DNA of 64,000 nucleotides from the human T2T-CHM13v2.0 reference genome, Homo sapiens: assembly GCF_009914755.1 (NCBI RefSeq), contig NC_060936.1. One strand, given 5' to 3'. This document shows, one piece after another, positions 1-18,689 of the stretch (position 1 is its first letter; every line of letters begins with the position of its first letter). The position numbers were made by a program, and so were the translations under genes. The notes beneath the pieces were generated by a model that worked only from the letters and a program-made list of their open reading frames with translations, searched no databases and was not told the DNA's origin.

Positions 1-1020
1 TCATATTGATCAGAATGGCAAACTTTTAAAAGTTTGGACAATAGCTAGTGATAGTGAATATGTGGAGCAACCCTAAGTCTTATATACTGCTGTGGGAGCA
101 TAACGTTCAATAACTTTGGGAAAACCATTTGCCATCACCTTATAAACTAAATATCTCTATACCTGATGGCTCAGATCTTCCATTCTAGGTATTGATCTTA
201 AAGTGACTCTTGCACATATACACAAGGAGATGCTAGCCCTGTTGATAATGGCAACACAAACACACTGAAAATAACCCATATATGCCTCCACAGTGGAATG
301 GATAAATACATTGTATATATTCATAAGCTGAATTATTGCATAACAATAATACATGACTGAATTCCAGGAACACAAAATTGACTAGACAAAACACATGACA
401 AAACAAAACATATTCTGTTTGGGATATTCTGTTACAGGTTGAGTATCCCTTATCTAAAATGTTTGGGACCAGCTCTGTTTCAGATTTTGGATTTTTTTGA
501 ATTTTGGAATATTTGCATATACATAATGAGATATCTTGTGGTTGAGACCCGAGTCTAAAACAAAATTTATTTATGTTTCATATATACTGTATACACATAG
601 TCTGAAAGTATCTTTATACAATATTTTAAATAATTTTGTGCATAAAACAAAGTTTGCGTTACTTACATGGGGAATTTTCCATTTATGATATCATGTTGGT
701 GTTCAAAAAGTGTTGGATTTTGGAGCATTTTGGATTTGGGATTTCAGATTTTTGGATTAGGGATGTTTAATCTGTGTATTCAAAAGTCCACAAAATATGC
801 TCTGTGAGACTGTAAAATGAATGTTGTAAAACTATACTGATAAGGAAGGGAATGAAATGAGAAACTCTGGGCAGGGAGCAGGGAGGGAGTCGAGACACAG
901 AGAAACCCCTGGGGGTTTAAAAGGTAGTGGTAATGTTTTATTTATTAAACCTGAGGGTTAGTACATTGTTGTTTACTGGATTTTCTATACCTCAAACCTG
1001 TTTCATAAATATTAATTTAT
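1..1020 (+). mobile_element. Old L1M (L1MC/L1ME-like) 3' region, interrupted by Tigger4
   Basis: Degenerate L1 3' motifs: GTGAATATGTGGAGCAA, CCATTCTAGGTATT, GAATGGATAAATACATTGTATATATTCAT. Confidence 0.55.
435..774 (+). mobile_element. Tigger4 (MER46/Zombi-type) non-autonomous TcMar DNA transposon
   Basis: TA-CAGGTTGAGTATCCCTTATC left TIR and TTAGGGATGTTTAATCTG right TIR; characteristic GGATTTTGGA repeats; ~340 bp. Confidence 0.85.
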
Positions 1021-3475
1021 ATATTTTCAATATTTAACAAAGTTTCTTCAACACTGGCCCACGGGTGTGTTGGAAGATACATCAGGAAGTAACCAACTAT
1101 AGGCACGAGTATGCGTTTACATTACCCACAGCTATGTGTACATACGTGTAATGTAGATACATGTTCTTTCCTTTTCAAGACAGGCATTTTTACAAAACGG
1201 TAGGGAAAAAACCTTCCAGAAGGGTCCACTTAAGAGGGAATTTGAAAGTACAAGGGAGAGAATTTGGTGGTAATCCATGGTGAAGCTTCATGAGAAGGTG
1301 TGTGGGCAGAGGATCCAAGCTCAGGTGGAGGCACAGGCCTTAGAGAAGGGAAGAACAGGCCCAGGTATAGCTGGGGAGCAGGTGTTTGCTGGATAGAAAT
1401 GAAGTGTGGGAGTTGCCTTCCAGTGGATTCTGGTTTTCTCTGTAAAGCAGAAGGCAAGGGTGTTTTCCGAGAATGAGGGATTGGATACAAAATCTTTTCA
1501 GAAATGATTAAAACTTTGGAAATGAGAACAAGGTCATTGGACCTTGTTCTTGGGAAGGAGACACTGGGAAGGCTATATAGAACATGAGGATTCCAAGTCA
1601 AGTTGGTCTGTCTTAACTTCCTGGTAGTTCCTGGTCTGAGACTCTTCTGACATCAGAGATCTGAGAGCACAGTGGGTCAGAGTCTACAGGGAGGGTAGGA
1701 AAATGAACCCTGGGATAAGTGTTGGCATTGATCACAGGGAGAGACCTTTGGGAACTGGGTTATAGTCAAGTGGGTCATGGCTCTGAGTTGAATAAGTAGC
1801 TGGACACTGCTGAGAGAGTCAAGGCAGGGTGGAGGCTTAACAGCTCAGAAGAAACAAACGCATATGGCTGAATCAATTAATTGCTGAAATAGATGAGTTG
1901 TATGTTCTATCAGGCTGCCAAGAAAGGAGATTTCTTCCTAATGACAATAGGTAAAGCTGTTTCCAACAGTGCTGAGAAGGTGCTAAGATTTTAGAGAAAT
2001 GCAGAGTTTTGGAGGAAGTACAAAGTGTTCTGCTATTTGCAAAATTATTGTGTCTGATACATAAGCTTCTTTGCAGTGGCTTTGAAGATCGAATTCATTT
2101 GTCCAAGCAAAAGTATTTAATTCTGTTGTGCTGCAGTTTATAAAATATTTACGTTGTTATTCTACATATACACATCGCTTACAATCCAGTTGCATTTCTC
2201 TCTGATGCACTTTCAATAAGATTTGGACTCCTGACAATGTCATCCAAGCCAATTGTTAGGGGAAAGAATCACAGAATCACTGCAGCTCACAAAGCCCCCG
2301 GGATGTCAAACCATCCATCCTGTTGTCTTCAGGCAGAATAGAACCCAAACTAGCCCAAATAAAGAGACTTGTCTCCTAAGCATGAAAAATCAAGAAAGAC
2401 AAGCTGACCAATCTTTCTTAATTTTCAGCTATCCTCCTCGAAATCAGAATGTCCTGAATAACCCACTTTCCTCCTACTGTAATTACTGTGTTTCTTAGAA
2501 TGTGGTATTTAAACAGAAAATCCCAAAGTCGCTGACAAAGGACTCTGAGTTCCAAATGTGTGAAAGTGAATTAGAAGCTAGTTAAGGCAGTGTGGTATAA
2601 AGGAAAAATAATGAAGTAGGAGTCAGGGGCAGTGTCTGCTGTTTCTGTCCACATGTCCACATTGCCTATAAAAACTCGGAGGGGTCAAGGGCTTATCATC
2701 CTTTCCTACTCAGTGTCCTTACCACATTAGGATAGTAAATGCTTTCTTCCCCTACCTCCAAGGGTTTATCTGAGGATTAAGCAATAATGCCTAAGAGTTT
2801 TTGAAAAGTAGAAAGCATGGTATGTAGATAAAGATTTAAAACAATCCATCACCATGGGCTGGGTGATGACTGCCATCAGAAACCCACCTTCTTTTACTAT
2901 AGCACTGAAAACTGTCTGCAAATTTTATTTTTCCTTCTGAGACTAAAAGCAATTGGTATCCTATTGATAATGCTTGGTTGTTCAAGGGTGGATTGCTGAG
3001 TGTGCAGGGTTTTCACAGTTCCTTGCTTGGTCTTCCATCTCCCTCCCGCCTGGTTTTGTCATTTCACTGCTCATTTACATGTCCACTTGAGTGCGCTTCC
3101 ACAACTGACCTACTCAGTCCCCGGAAAGGACTTGTGCTTCCCACGTCTGCATCTTTGCTCTTGCCTTCCCTCTCTCGTAAATTGCACCCTTCTCTTCCCC
3201 TCTGCCGGCCTTTAGGAGACACTGCTCCTGCACAGCAGCTCCAGCTGGCCATGCTATGAGACACCACCTGTCTCCCGTCCCAAAAGCCTTCTTGAACACA
3301 TTCGATAGCACTAATCACTTGCCTTGTTTTGGAAGCTGTCATTTTCCATTCATACGTCCTGTCTCCTCAACAAAGATAATAAATTTATTGAGGGTATGGA
3401 CAATGCATTTTTTTTGCCTTTTCCTCAGCAAAAGACACGTGACTTGTAAATATTCAGTACTGTAAAGAGTTAATT

Positions 3476-3898
<423 letters not shown>

Positions 3899-4996
3899 CT
3901 ATCTTTAATTATGTTGGATAATTCATCATAGTATTTATTTGTGGCTTAATTTATTGTGTGAATAAAGTGTGTGCTGCATAATCAGTGAGAGAGGTGAGGG
4001 GGGCATGTTAGGTTTCAGTAGTCTGAAATCAGAGCAATAGCATTTTGCTTCTAAATGACTAGGATTTAAAAAAATATATGGTACTCATAAAACCACACTG
4101 CAACCACTCTGGGAACCATTAAAATAGCCACAATGCAGGACAGACATTGCTCTGCCTGTTACCTGCCAGCAGCAATTACATGTTGGATTCGTCAAGCCTC
4201 TAGAAGCCTAGCACTTTAATACGGGGTTGCATATTTGTCACATGACACCGACACCTCGGTTATGGTGAATCTGTTAGGCAGCAAAGCAATGGTTTAGGAT
4301 ACTGTCCTAGGTGGCTGAGAAGGATACTGGAAGTGACGAATTAGAGCATTTAAGGGCTGTGTTTTAAGGATATGGGTTTTTACTAATGATCTCATCCTAG
4401 GAACACATATCTGGGTTTGAATGAAACATAACTGTATGCATACAAGTATGTATGTATGCATGTAACAGTTTGATCTGTTTACTTATATTTTGCCTCTATG
4501 TCAGGAAGGACTTAGGAAGTTAAAAAATAAATGCAGCCTAAAAACATAAAATAAATTTTGGAGGGCAAGGAACACACACACACACACACCCTACACACAG
4601 AAATGCATACTGTGATGGCCTATTTGGTTGCGAGAGGAAGGCTGAAAATGGGGCTTTAAGAGTTTACCTGAAGATAAAAAGGGAAATGCAGTCAGCTTCA
4701 AGAATCACAGTAACCACAAGACACAATCGATGTTTAAGAGAACCACAGCTGACTCGGACATTGAGACGAAGATTTCTTCCAGGGATCCTCAGAGCGGAAG
4801 ACACTGTGTAACATGGTGGATGACGTCCTCCACAGAGTACAGATGATACTTACCATCATGCATTTATAGGGATTTTTCTTATGTTCCTCTTTGCAAGCTA
4901 AATCCATAAAAACAATTCTATGAGGGACCCAAACAGTGCTGCCCTTGTGTAGAGCTCACTGTGAGCCTGGATTGACCCAAGGGTAGAATCTCTAAG

Positions 4997-5497
<501 letters not shown>

Positions 5498-6429
5498 TCT
5501 AGGAAATGTCTGCATCGTATGCCTTTCAACAATCATGGATGTTATTTCTTGCAACTGAGATTTGACAAGTTATAGGGCTAAGGGAATACTTATGGCAAGG
5601 GCAAAATTTACCTCTGAAAACATTTCTAGGTCTGCTGCAGCACAGAGAAGATTAGGCAATAGAGGTCTCAAAGCTCCATGCCATCAGGTAGATGTAGTTA
5701 TTATAGAACATTTTGAGATGTAAGCACTCCCAGCATATGTATTGTTAGTTAGAAGTTATAATCTATGTTCTGGTGTTCTAATCTGTTTTGTACCTTATAG
5801 ACATACGCATCATTTTAGCAACTGTTTTTAAACCAATACTGTCAACCTCCTTTTCTGTTCGACATCAGAGATGCTGAATTTTTTTGGAGAAAGATCACAC
5901 ACAAATAGGCATTTCTCCAAATTCCTGGTTCTGATCTCAACTGGGCCTTTGATGCTTTCTTGTGAGCCTTTTATGTGTGTCCTTCTTAAGGCTTCATTCC
6001 TCCCACTCTCACCTCTGGTGGAGAGGGGATCTTTTCCAAAATAACACATTTTGGGTGCATGAGTGGTTCTGTGGTAGAATTCTCACTGCCAAAATAGCAC
6101 AGTTTGATTATCACTGTGAGAGGTGATCAACATTAGCAAGAAGGAAAGTAGCTTTTCTTTCTGTGATCCTTTCTGAGGCACCACTGCCCTGCTAGGATAA
6201 GCATAAGCACAGGTCTCTCCAGCTCAGATATGAGGGACAAAAAGGTTTCTCCAATCTGCCGTTGAAGAAGGGCATGATGGAGTGGAGACCCTGAGAGCAA
6301 GGCAGAGGAGTGAACACAGAATAAAAGGGATGACAAGGGGAGGAAAGACTTCTGGGCTTCCATCTGACATGGAGTTTGAGTGGATTGGAAGGTGATCCAC
6401 TTAGAAGAATCACCTTAGAAGGAAGGTAA

Positions 6430-7917
6430 CAGTTAAATATATTCATGAGATGGAAATATGTTCTGAGAAATGCATCATTGGGTAATTTCATCATTGTACA
6501 AACATCATAGAGTGTAGTTACATAAACCTAGCTTCTACAGCCTACTGCACACCTAGGCTATATAGTACAGCCCATTGCTCCTAGGCTATGGACTTGCACA
6601 GCATGCAACTGTACTGAATACTGTAGGCAATTGTAACACAATGGTAAGTACCTGTGTATCTAAGCATATCTACGCATAGAGAAGGTACAGTAGCACTGAC
6701 GTGGTGGCTCATGCCTTTAATCCCAGCACTTTGGGAGCCCGAGGCAGGAGGATCGCTTGAGCCCCAGGGTTCAAGACCAGCCTGGGAAACATGGCAAAAC
6801 CTCATCTCTACACAATTACAAAAAATTAGCCAAGTGTGGTGGTGTGTACCTGTAGTCCCAGCTACTTGGGAGGTTGAGGTGGGAGGATGGCTTGAGTCCA
6901 GGAGGTCAAGGCTGCAGTGAGCTGTGAACACACCACTGCACTCCAGCCTGGGCAACACAGTGAGACCCTGTCTTAATTTAAGAAAAAAAGAAAGGAAAAA
7001 GATACAGTAAAAATATGGTATAAAACCTGTATAGGGCACTTACCATGAATGGAGCTTGCAGGACTGGAAGTTACTCTGGGTGAGTCAGCGAGTGAGTGGT
7101 GAGTGAATGTGAAGGCCTAGGACACTACTGTACACTACTGTAGACTTTAGAAACACTGCACCCTTAGGCCACACTAAATTTATTAAAATACATTTCTTTC
7201 TTCAATAATAAATTAACCTTAGCTTACTGTCACATTTTTACTTAATAAACTTTATTTTTTTAACTTTTTGACTCTTTCATAACACAATTTAAAACATAAA
7301 CACATTGTACAGCTGTGCAAAAGTATTTTTTCTTTGTACCCCTATTTCATAAGCTTTTATCTATTTTTAATTTTTAAAAAATCTTTTAAACTTTGTTATT
7401 CAAAACTAAGACACAGACAAACATATTAACCCAGGCCTTCATGGCATCAGCATCATTAATATCACTGTCTTCCACCTGCACATCTTGTCTCACTGGAAGC
7501 CTTTCAAGGGCAGTACCACTCACGGAGCTGTCATTTCCTATTATAACAATGCCTTCTTCTAGAATACCTCCTAAAGGACCTGCCTGAGGCTATTTTACAG
7601 TTAACTTTTTTTAATAAGTAAAAGGAGTACATGATAAAATAATAATAAAAATTATAGTATAGTAAATACATAAACCAGTAACAGTTATTTTATTATTACC
7701 AGGTATTATGTACTGTACATAATTGTATGTTCTATAGTTTTATATGACCAACAGCAAAGTAGGTTTGTTTACACCTGCATCACCACGGGCAAGGGAGTAA
7801 TATGTTACATCACTATGTCACTAGGCGATTGGAAGCTTTCAGCTCCATTACAACCTTATGGGACTACCATCTTATACATAGTCTGTTGACCAAAAGGTTG
7901 TTATCTGATGCATGACC
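6430..7917 (-). mobile_element. Tigger3b (MER7/Golem-type) DNA transposon, ~1.2 kb excluding the nested Alu
   Basis: GTTCTGAGAAATGCATCATT...AACATCATAGAGTGTA...CCTAGGCTATA at the left end; the right end reverse-complements to GGTCATGCATCAGATAACAACC...GGTAGTCCCATAAG. Confidence 0.85.
6694..6998 (+). mobile_element. AluJ nested in Tigger3b
   Basis: GGAGGATCGCTTGAGCCC and GAGGTCAAGGCTGCAGTGAGC J-type diagnostics; degenerate TSD AAGGTACAGTA / AAGATACAGTA. Confidence 0.92.
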
Positions 7918-8829
7918 ATTCATTATCCCAGACATTGAACTCTGATTGATTTGTGATTTACTGTGAGTAAGACTGGGTCTTTATGGTAATGGACTACATA
8001 CCTTCCAGATGATGTGGGGCAAAACGGCAAGGTTCCACGTGTTTTCCTAATTCTTCTTTGGGACTCTCTTCAACCTTTCATGGTCTCCTTTTCTATACCC
8101 ATCAGTAGATAACATCTATTTCACTCAGAAACTAGAAACCTTCAGATGAAATCTCCCTCTAGTTTCTGAATTCACTCTCGGCTCACAGGTGCAGAAATAC
8201 GTTCCATCCCTTGCATCTTTCCAGTTGATTAAAGTGAATAGGTCCCTTACTCTACAAAACGAATGATTCTAGCTGTACTCTTGATCCCTCTTCTCATTAT
8301 TCCTAGGGATCTCAATTAATTTTTCCCATTTCTCTGCTATAGCTTCAACCTTGTTCTCATATTTTCTTCAGTTATCATTCTTAGCATTTAAGCATGCTCA
8401 AATCTTGAAAAAAAATCCCTTGACCTCAGGGACCCCTTTAACTATTACTTCTATCTCTCTCCTGTCCTCTAGTTTTAAATCTCTTCGAAGAATGCGGAGT
8501 TTCCCTAACATTACCTGCTCCCTTCATTGATTCCTTTCCTACTGCAACCTGGTATCTGTTCCCACTACTTCACTGAAACTGCTGCTTCAATGCAAGACAA
8601 TCAATGGCCAGTTGGTGGCTACGTCTCACTATATTTCTTATTCTAACTGATCTCCCTGAAGTGCTCCCTTCTCTTTGTACGTTTCTGTCTAAGATGTTCA
8701 GGCCAAAGACCTGGGAGCCACTCCTAACTCTGTCTGTCCCCTGCTTCTCTGGATACTTGTTAATCAACTCCCTACTGTGCAGTCCTCCCTTGTCCTTTTT
8801 AACACTGCTCTGAAATCTCCAACCTCACG

Positions 8830-9860
8830 GTTTGGGTGAGATTGACCACATTCCATCTCTAGGAAAGGGTCCTGATTTCTTTAATCCAGTCAGCACATCC
8901 CATCTTCCCGGCTGCAGTGATTGGCTCAAGGATGAGTAAATAATGCAAGGCAGGGCAATCAGAGTCACTGAGACTCAATTCTGAAACTCTTTTTTGAACC
9001 ATCAGAGAAGTGGACTTATTTCCTGCTAGACATGAGGGATATAGCCTCAGGAGTGCTGCAGCCATCTTGGGAACTCACACAAGAGGTCTGCTGGAGAGTA
9101 GAGTCAGTCTGGAGGCCTGGATGGATGGAGAAATGCAGAAGGAAAAAAAATAGGTCATGGTCATAGACTTAAGTGCTGGCGAAAGCCTTTCCTGAAGCTC
9201 CAAACCTATTTTAAAAATGCTCAGTTTTCTTATCCAGTAAGTCCCTTTTTCTTGTGTAAGCCATTTTGGGTCACATTTTTCATGTCTATAATCAGAAAAA
9301 AGTTCTGACATAAGGCCCTACATCTGAATCGTTTATCCATAATGTGTTGGAAGTCTGTTTAAAATTTTTAATGAGAAGTTCTTTAATGAAATTTAATGAG
9401 CAAACTCAACTCTAACTTGAGAATGAGGAAAGTTATTGAATTTTGTAACAGGAAGTTCCACGAGAAGAAGGCTTCATGACTGGTTGATTCAGAAGCCTAA
9501 CGCTGTTGCCAGATTCCAGGGTTTTTGTCTCCCTCTCCTATGACATCTTCACTGTTGGCTTAATCATTTGGCCTGGTAACAGCATGGATATAGCAATGAC
9601 TCATCCAGACATGGCATTTAGATGACGAAAGGAAAGCAGTCTTTCTATAGTGTTTTCCTATCACTGAGGAAGCCTCTCCCTGAAGACATCCAGAAGAAAT
9701 CCTCTCATATCTCCTAAGCTAGAACTGCGTCTCAGGCCAGTTCCTGCGTGAGATACCCTGGAGCAGTGGGCTTCTCTTCTGGCACATGGCTAGGTAGAAG
9801 GCAGTTCTCAGGGAGATAACAGGGAAGATTGGAAGGTCAGGAGGAACCCAACAGGATCCA
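8830..9860. mobile_element. Old MaLR (MLT1-type) LTR fragments, probably two in opposite orientation
   Basis: GTGATTGGCTCAAGGATG...GGGCAATCAGAG...GCCATCTTG...TAAGCCATTTTGGGTC motifs typical of MLT1J/K; highly degenerate. Confidence 0.5.
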
Positions 9861-10584
9861 CTATAGCAACAAACAAGAGGCTTCATGACCTGGCTCCTGC
9901 CACTTCTCTGACCTTATCTTTTGCCACTCACCTCTTTGTACTTGACCTTGCAGCTCTACTGACCTAAGCTCTGTTTTTCTGAGCATTTTATTCACTCACT
10001 TGTGTATCTAAGACCTTAAAGTGTGCTGCTGCCTTTGTTCTAGAAGACACTCCCACGTCCATACCTCATTGTCTACTCATCTTTTGGGATTCATCTTATA
10101 TGTTACCTTGTTGCTTACCCTGAGAATTGCTCCCTCACTCCTAAGGCTTGGTTAGGGGCCACTCTTCTATAGTCCCAACACACCTCTGCCTGTCCCATTA
10201 AAGTGTTTGTCATGTTGCCTTGTAATTACCTGTTTATTTCCTTGTCTTCACAACTAGAATATGACCTTGAGGATATGATTTCTATCTTGGCCTCTGATGT
10301 ATTACAAAATAATTGAGGCATAGCAGGTGTTCCATAATTTTTTTTTTAGTGAATTTCTAAGTGCATACTCCCCCAAGATCTGAGCCTGTCCAAGTAGTCC
10401 TACTAAGGCAAAATATTCTGCCAGTCCTTCCTACTACATATACTCCTCTTTTGAAGGGCAACCCAGAGGAGTTTCTTTAAGAAATCACAGGTCAAGCTCT
10501 TGAAAAATTCTTATTTCTAAACTTCTGTCAGCTATACACACTTCAATATTATTTATTTGACAAGGCATAATTAAAATAAATGTT

Positions 10585-12260
10585 ACTTAGGTATAATTTA
10601 CACACAACAAAATGTAACCACCTTAAGTGTACAATTATATGAGTTTTGGCTAAATTAGATGTCCATGTAACTGCTACCACAATCAAGATATGAAACCCCT
10701 ACAATTCTCTCATGCCCTTTTCCAGTCAATCCCCTCATCCCTGATACCCAGGAACCACTGATCTGTGTTTGCTTCGTCTAGAATCTCATATAAATAGAAT
10801 CATACAGTATGTGTTCTTTTGTATCAATTCAAATCTTTAGCTCATTTTTTATTGTGTCGTCTGTCTTCTGCTTGTTTAGTTGTAAGAGCTACTTATTTGT
10901 CTCAATATGAGTTCTTTGTTCGACATATGTATTATGAATATTTTCTCCCAGTCTATGGGAGGCTTGTCTTTTTCACCTTCTTAACCCTGTCTTTTGAAGT
11001 ACATAAATTTTAAGTTTTCATAAAGTTCATTGTCTTAACTTTTTATTTTATGGTGCGTTTGTGTTCTAAATTATAAAAATTTTCTCTTGTGTTTTCTTCT
11101 AAAAGTCACATAGCTTTAGCTTTTATATTTAGATGGTGATCCATTTTGAGTAATTTTTGTATAGCATGTGAGATGGGTGTGAAGGTTTATGAATGTCCAG
11201 TTGTTCTAGGTCCATTTGTTGAGAAGACTGTCTTTTCTCCATTACCTTGACATCTTTTTTGAAAATCAATTGACCATATATTAATGGGTCTATTTCTAGA
11301 GTATTCTGTTTTATGGATCTATGTGTCTCCCCTTATACCAATACTACACCATCTGGATTATTGTAGCTTTAAAGTAAGACTTAAAATGAGGTAGAGTAAG
11401 TCCTATAACCTAGTTCCTTTTAAAACATCTTTTAGCTATTGTAGGTCCCCTGTAGTTTTTGAAATACATTTTAGAATCAGTTTGATTTTAGAATCAATTT
11501 CTGTGAATAAGTCTGATGGTATTTTGATTATCTTGAATCTTTAGATATTTGGGGACAATTGATATCATCTTAGTATTGAGCCTTCCAATCCATGATCATG
11601 GTATATCTTTCCATTTATTCATGTCTTCTCTAATTTATCTCAACAGTATTTTGTAGTTTCCCATGCATAGGTCTCACATATAACATATTTTATTATATTA
11701 ATCTAAGTATTTTATGTTTTTTATTATTTTAAATGCTAGATATGTGACTGATTTTTAAATACTCAACTGGTATCCTTCATAAATTCACTTGTATTCTAGT
11801 GGCTTTTTGTAGATTCCCTAGGATTTTCCATATACACAATCATCATGCTGTCTATAAATAATGACAGCTTTCCTTCTTTATTTCCAATATATATTTTTTA
11901 TTTCTTGGTATTGCTTTATTGCATTGGCTAGGTCTCTAATATGATGTTGAGTAGAAATGATAAGAGTGCATATCCTTGCCTTGTTCTCAGTCCTAGGAGG
12001 AAAGTATTCAGCTTTTTTACAATTAAATATGATGTTTGCTGTAGGTTTTTTTTTTTTTTGTGTGTGTGTGTGTGTGTGTGTGTACGCCATTTATCAGATT
12101 AAAGAAATTCCCTCTACTCTGTGTGCCAAAAGGCTTGTTTTGTTTTAATTATAAATGGGTGTTGAATTTTGTCAAATAGCTCTTCTGAATCAATTTTGAA
12201 TCTCCTATGATTCTCTGAATTGAGTGAATTGCATTGACTAATTTTTTAATATTAAACAAA
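10585..12260 (-). mobile_element. Old L1M (L1MB/L1MC-like) 3' end and ORF2 remnant
   Basis: Minus-strand translation KPTANIIFNCKKAEYFPPRT resembles L1 ORF2 KPTANIILNGEKLKAFPLRS; T-rich antisense L1 body; 3'-end motif GGTATAATTTACACACAACAAAATG. Confidence 0.85.
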
Positions 12261-13013
12261 CTCAGCTTCATAGAGTTGTGTAGAGTTTACCTCACCCATG
12301 CACAGTTTAGTGTTCAGCAACAGACTCAAAGGGGACTCTATGCAGATTTCTGCTGCTTTTTCTCTATGTATCTCCTTCTTCTCCGGTGCTTTGTCTCATG
12401 ACTTTCAGTCATCTCACCCTTCTCAATTTAAAATTCTGTCTGAGTGAGAACATCAGACTCTGCTTGGGTCTCATCCTTCTGCATAGCTTCTGAAAAGTAC
12501 CTCCAGGCAAAGAGCCAAGGTGATCACAGGGATCACCTCGTTTGTTTCCCTTTTCTAAAAGGTCGCCATCCTGTCCTGCCTATTGCTCAGTGCTGCCCCA
12601 CATATGTATTTTACTTTATGATGGAAAAGTCCTGTACTCATTATACTGATATGACTGAATGTTGAAGTTAGCTGTAAGGATTCTTGATGGTAGAGGTAGC
12701 ATTTGTTCTTTTCTCTGATTCTTTAGTATTTATTGACTGTTTTCTCTCAGTAAATATTTATTAAAGACCTGTCTAATGTAATGTTTCCTGACCTTTTTGG
12801 TGCCTTTTTCTTTTGAAGCTGATACTTTGTTGGCCATCAGCTCTATGTTGGGCACTGATCAGTATTTGATTGTGTTATGCCCTCCCAGGAGCCTATGATA
12901 TAGGGATTATATTTTACAAATAAAGAGATGAACATGTAAAGTGATAGAGTGACTTATCCAAGATCAAAGTGATTGAATTAGAATTCATCTCTGATTTAAG
13001 AACTTAGGCTTTT

Positions 13014-13474
<461 letters not shown>

Positions 13475-13946
13475 TCATTGTCATCTTAAATCCTTGGTGA
13501 CTTCTGAGTTTTCCCTTTCAAGTCCTACTTGTTCTATATTACTTTTTACAATTATACTTCAAATCTTGTAAGACCCCCATTCCTCTGCTTGTGACACTGC
13601 CCTCAACAGGGTCTATAGTGAGTCCGTGGGCATATTCCTGCCTAGTATGACCACCTCCCTTCATGCCGTCTCTTGCCTTACCACTGTATAACACTTAAGA
13701 AACTGATCTTAAGAAGGACACTACATGTAGAACGAGTGCACATTTTTTCATAAATGATCATCAGGACGAATTCTATCCTGACTCACTTCCAAGTTAATCT
13801 CAGACACCCAGTGCCCAATTACTTAATTGCATGGTTCCTCACCACAAGTGAGCCCTCGGTGCTGCCAGGCAACCCTGCTACATTCCCCAACCCTTTCACT
13901 TTCCAATTCTCCTAAGTGGTTATTTTGCAGTTTTCCCCTCCCATTT

Positions 13947-16810
<2,864 letters not shown>

Positions 16811-16860
16811 CTTCAGACCCTTACCAAGGGAGGACTTCCATCAAGAATGCTGAGTTCCAG

Positions 16861-17040
16861 TTAGCCAGGAGTGATGGCTTGTGCCTGTTGTCCTCCCAGT
16901 TACTCCAGAGGCTAAGGTGGGAGGATTGTTTGAGCCCAATACTTCAAGGTTGCGGTGAGCTATGATTACACTACTACACTCTGTCTCAAAGAAGAACAAG
17001 AGGAAGAAGAGGAAGAGGAAGAAGGAGGAGGAGGAGGAGA
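16861..17040 (+). mobile_element. Alu right monomer (FRAM or 5'-truncated AluJ) with a tail converted to (GAA/GAG)n
   Basis: TTAGCCAGGAGTGATGGC...GGAGGATTGTTTGAGCCC; 15-bp TSD AGAATGCTGAGTTCC on both sides. Confidence 0.85.
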
Positions 17041-18689
17041 ATGCTGAGTTCCCAGCTCACAATTTTCTTCCAGTCCCTTGGAGGTCCAGTCCTGCTGTAA
17101 ACACATCTATCAGAGATGTGGAAGATTTCCTAATATGCCCCCCAATAAAACCCGGAATTTAGGAACCTGGGATCTCATCCAATCTGTGAATCCCTTGTAG
17201 TAAGGCAATCTCCTAATGCTGAGTCAGGGCACATGCATTCACAAGAAGCTAGGAAGATGACAGTCTTAGGGACATTTAAAGGAAGGCAATGGGTTATAGG
17301 AAGAGGGAGGTACAAGATAAGGACAGATAAAGTGGAGAATAGGGAAGCTCAGTAGTGCTAGGATATGGTCAGAAAACCCTTGTCTCGTAGGGTTATCCCC
17401 AGTAGGGTTCTAGCAGTGGCAGCAGCAACAAAACCAAAAGACTTGGCAGTACTTCAGCTGGGAGCTTCATATTTATATCTTTGTTTTTATTTTTAAATTT
17501 TTTTAAAAAATATATTTATTTGCATTAGAACAGCAGTGCAGAAAGGTAGGGATCCCTGGAGCTATTGAGATTGAGGGATATGCGTGTGGAAGGTGGGAAA
17601 GGGGAAGAGTTTAATATGGGAAGGAGGAGTATAAGAGAACTCATTGTTCATGAAAGAAAAGCTGGGGTACGGATCTGAAGGAGGGGAGGGAACATACACT
17701 TTTGTTTTTCTGAAAGGAATGCTGGCGTCTGAATCTGGAGGAAGGATTTAACTAGTTCCAGACAGGGACTGTTGCACTGCCTGGGCAATCCCGCAGGGGC
17801 CCCTGCTTTCCACTAGCCACAATAGAGCGGGAAGGATGCAATCATTGGCTTTGATTAAGGAGGTGGGTGGTGTAGGCGGGAGGCAACGGTGGTGAGAAGG
17901 GTGGTCCCAAGGCCGCGGGAGGAGCCAATCAGCGGCGACTCTGGGCTCTTGCAGCCTCCTTAGAGACTCCGCAGCCCTGGAGGTACCAAGCTGCCTGCTG
18001 CCTTTTCTCGCGCTGCAGGCGCGGAGATGCAGCGCCTCTGGGGGCGCAGCTCCAGCCGCACTCGCAGGGCAAGGCACACGCCCCCGGCTCCTGCTGCCAT
18101 GCGCCTCTGCGGGGGACCCTTTCCAAATAAATTGCAAGCTTTGAAAGTGGCCCTGTGGAGGCACTAGGCTGGGGAAAAAGGCTGCGGGAGGAGGGACATA
18201 GGGTGGGAGGTGAGTAGGCGACTTGCTTCTCAGATTATTCCCAATTAGCACCAAGTTGGCAGACAACCCCACAAACCCACGAAGCCTTCGGTCCCCCACA
18301 AGTCACATTCCCTGTATTTCAGAATAATCGGATCGTAAGAAAACTTCAAGTCCCATCGTAGGTTAAAGAGGGACAGGCTCTTAGTACCGCCGCCGCCCAG
18401 TAAAACTACATGGAACAAACCCAGGGATCCTCATCTGCACAGCTCTGCCCAAAGTCTGCAGCTCTGCGAGTCCAGCCGGCGGGGGAAGCTGGGTGGGCCC
18501 CGCAGAGAGCAAGGGCCTTCTTGGGGGAGGAGCGGGATGGGGCGCAGAGCAGTGCGATCGAAGAGGGTTACTGTGGGACTGCACAAAAGCAAACCCGTCG
18601 GAGGAGTTTTGCCAGAAACACCACCGCCTGCATTGCGTCGGACCTGACCATTTCCAATGTGAAATTCCCGGGGAAGGTCGCGAGCCGCT

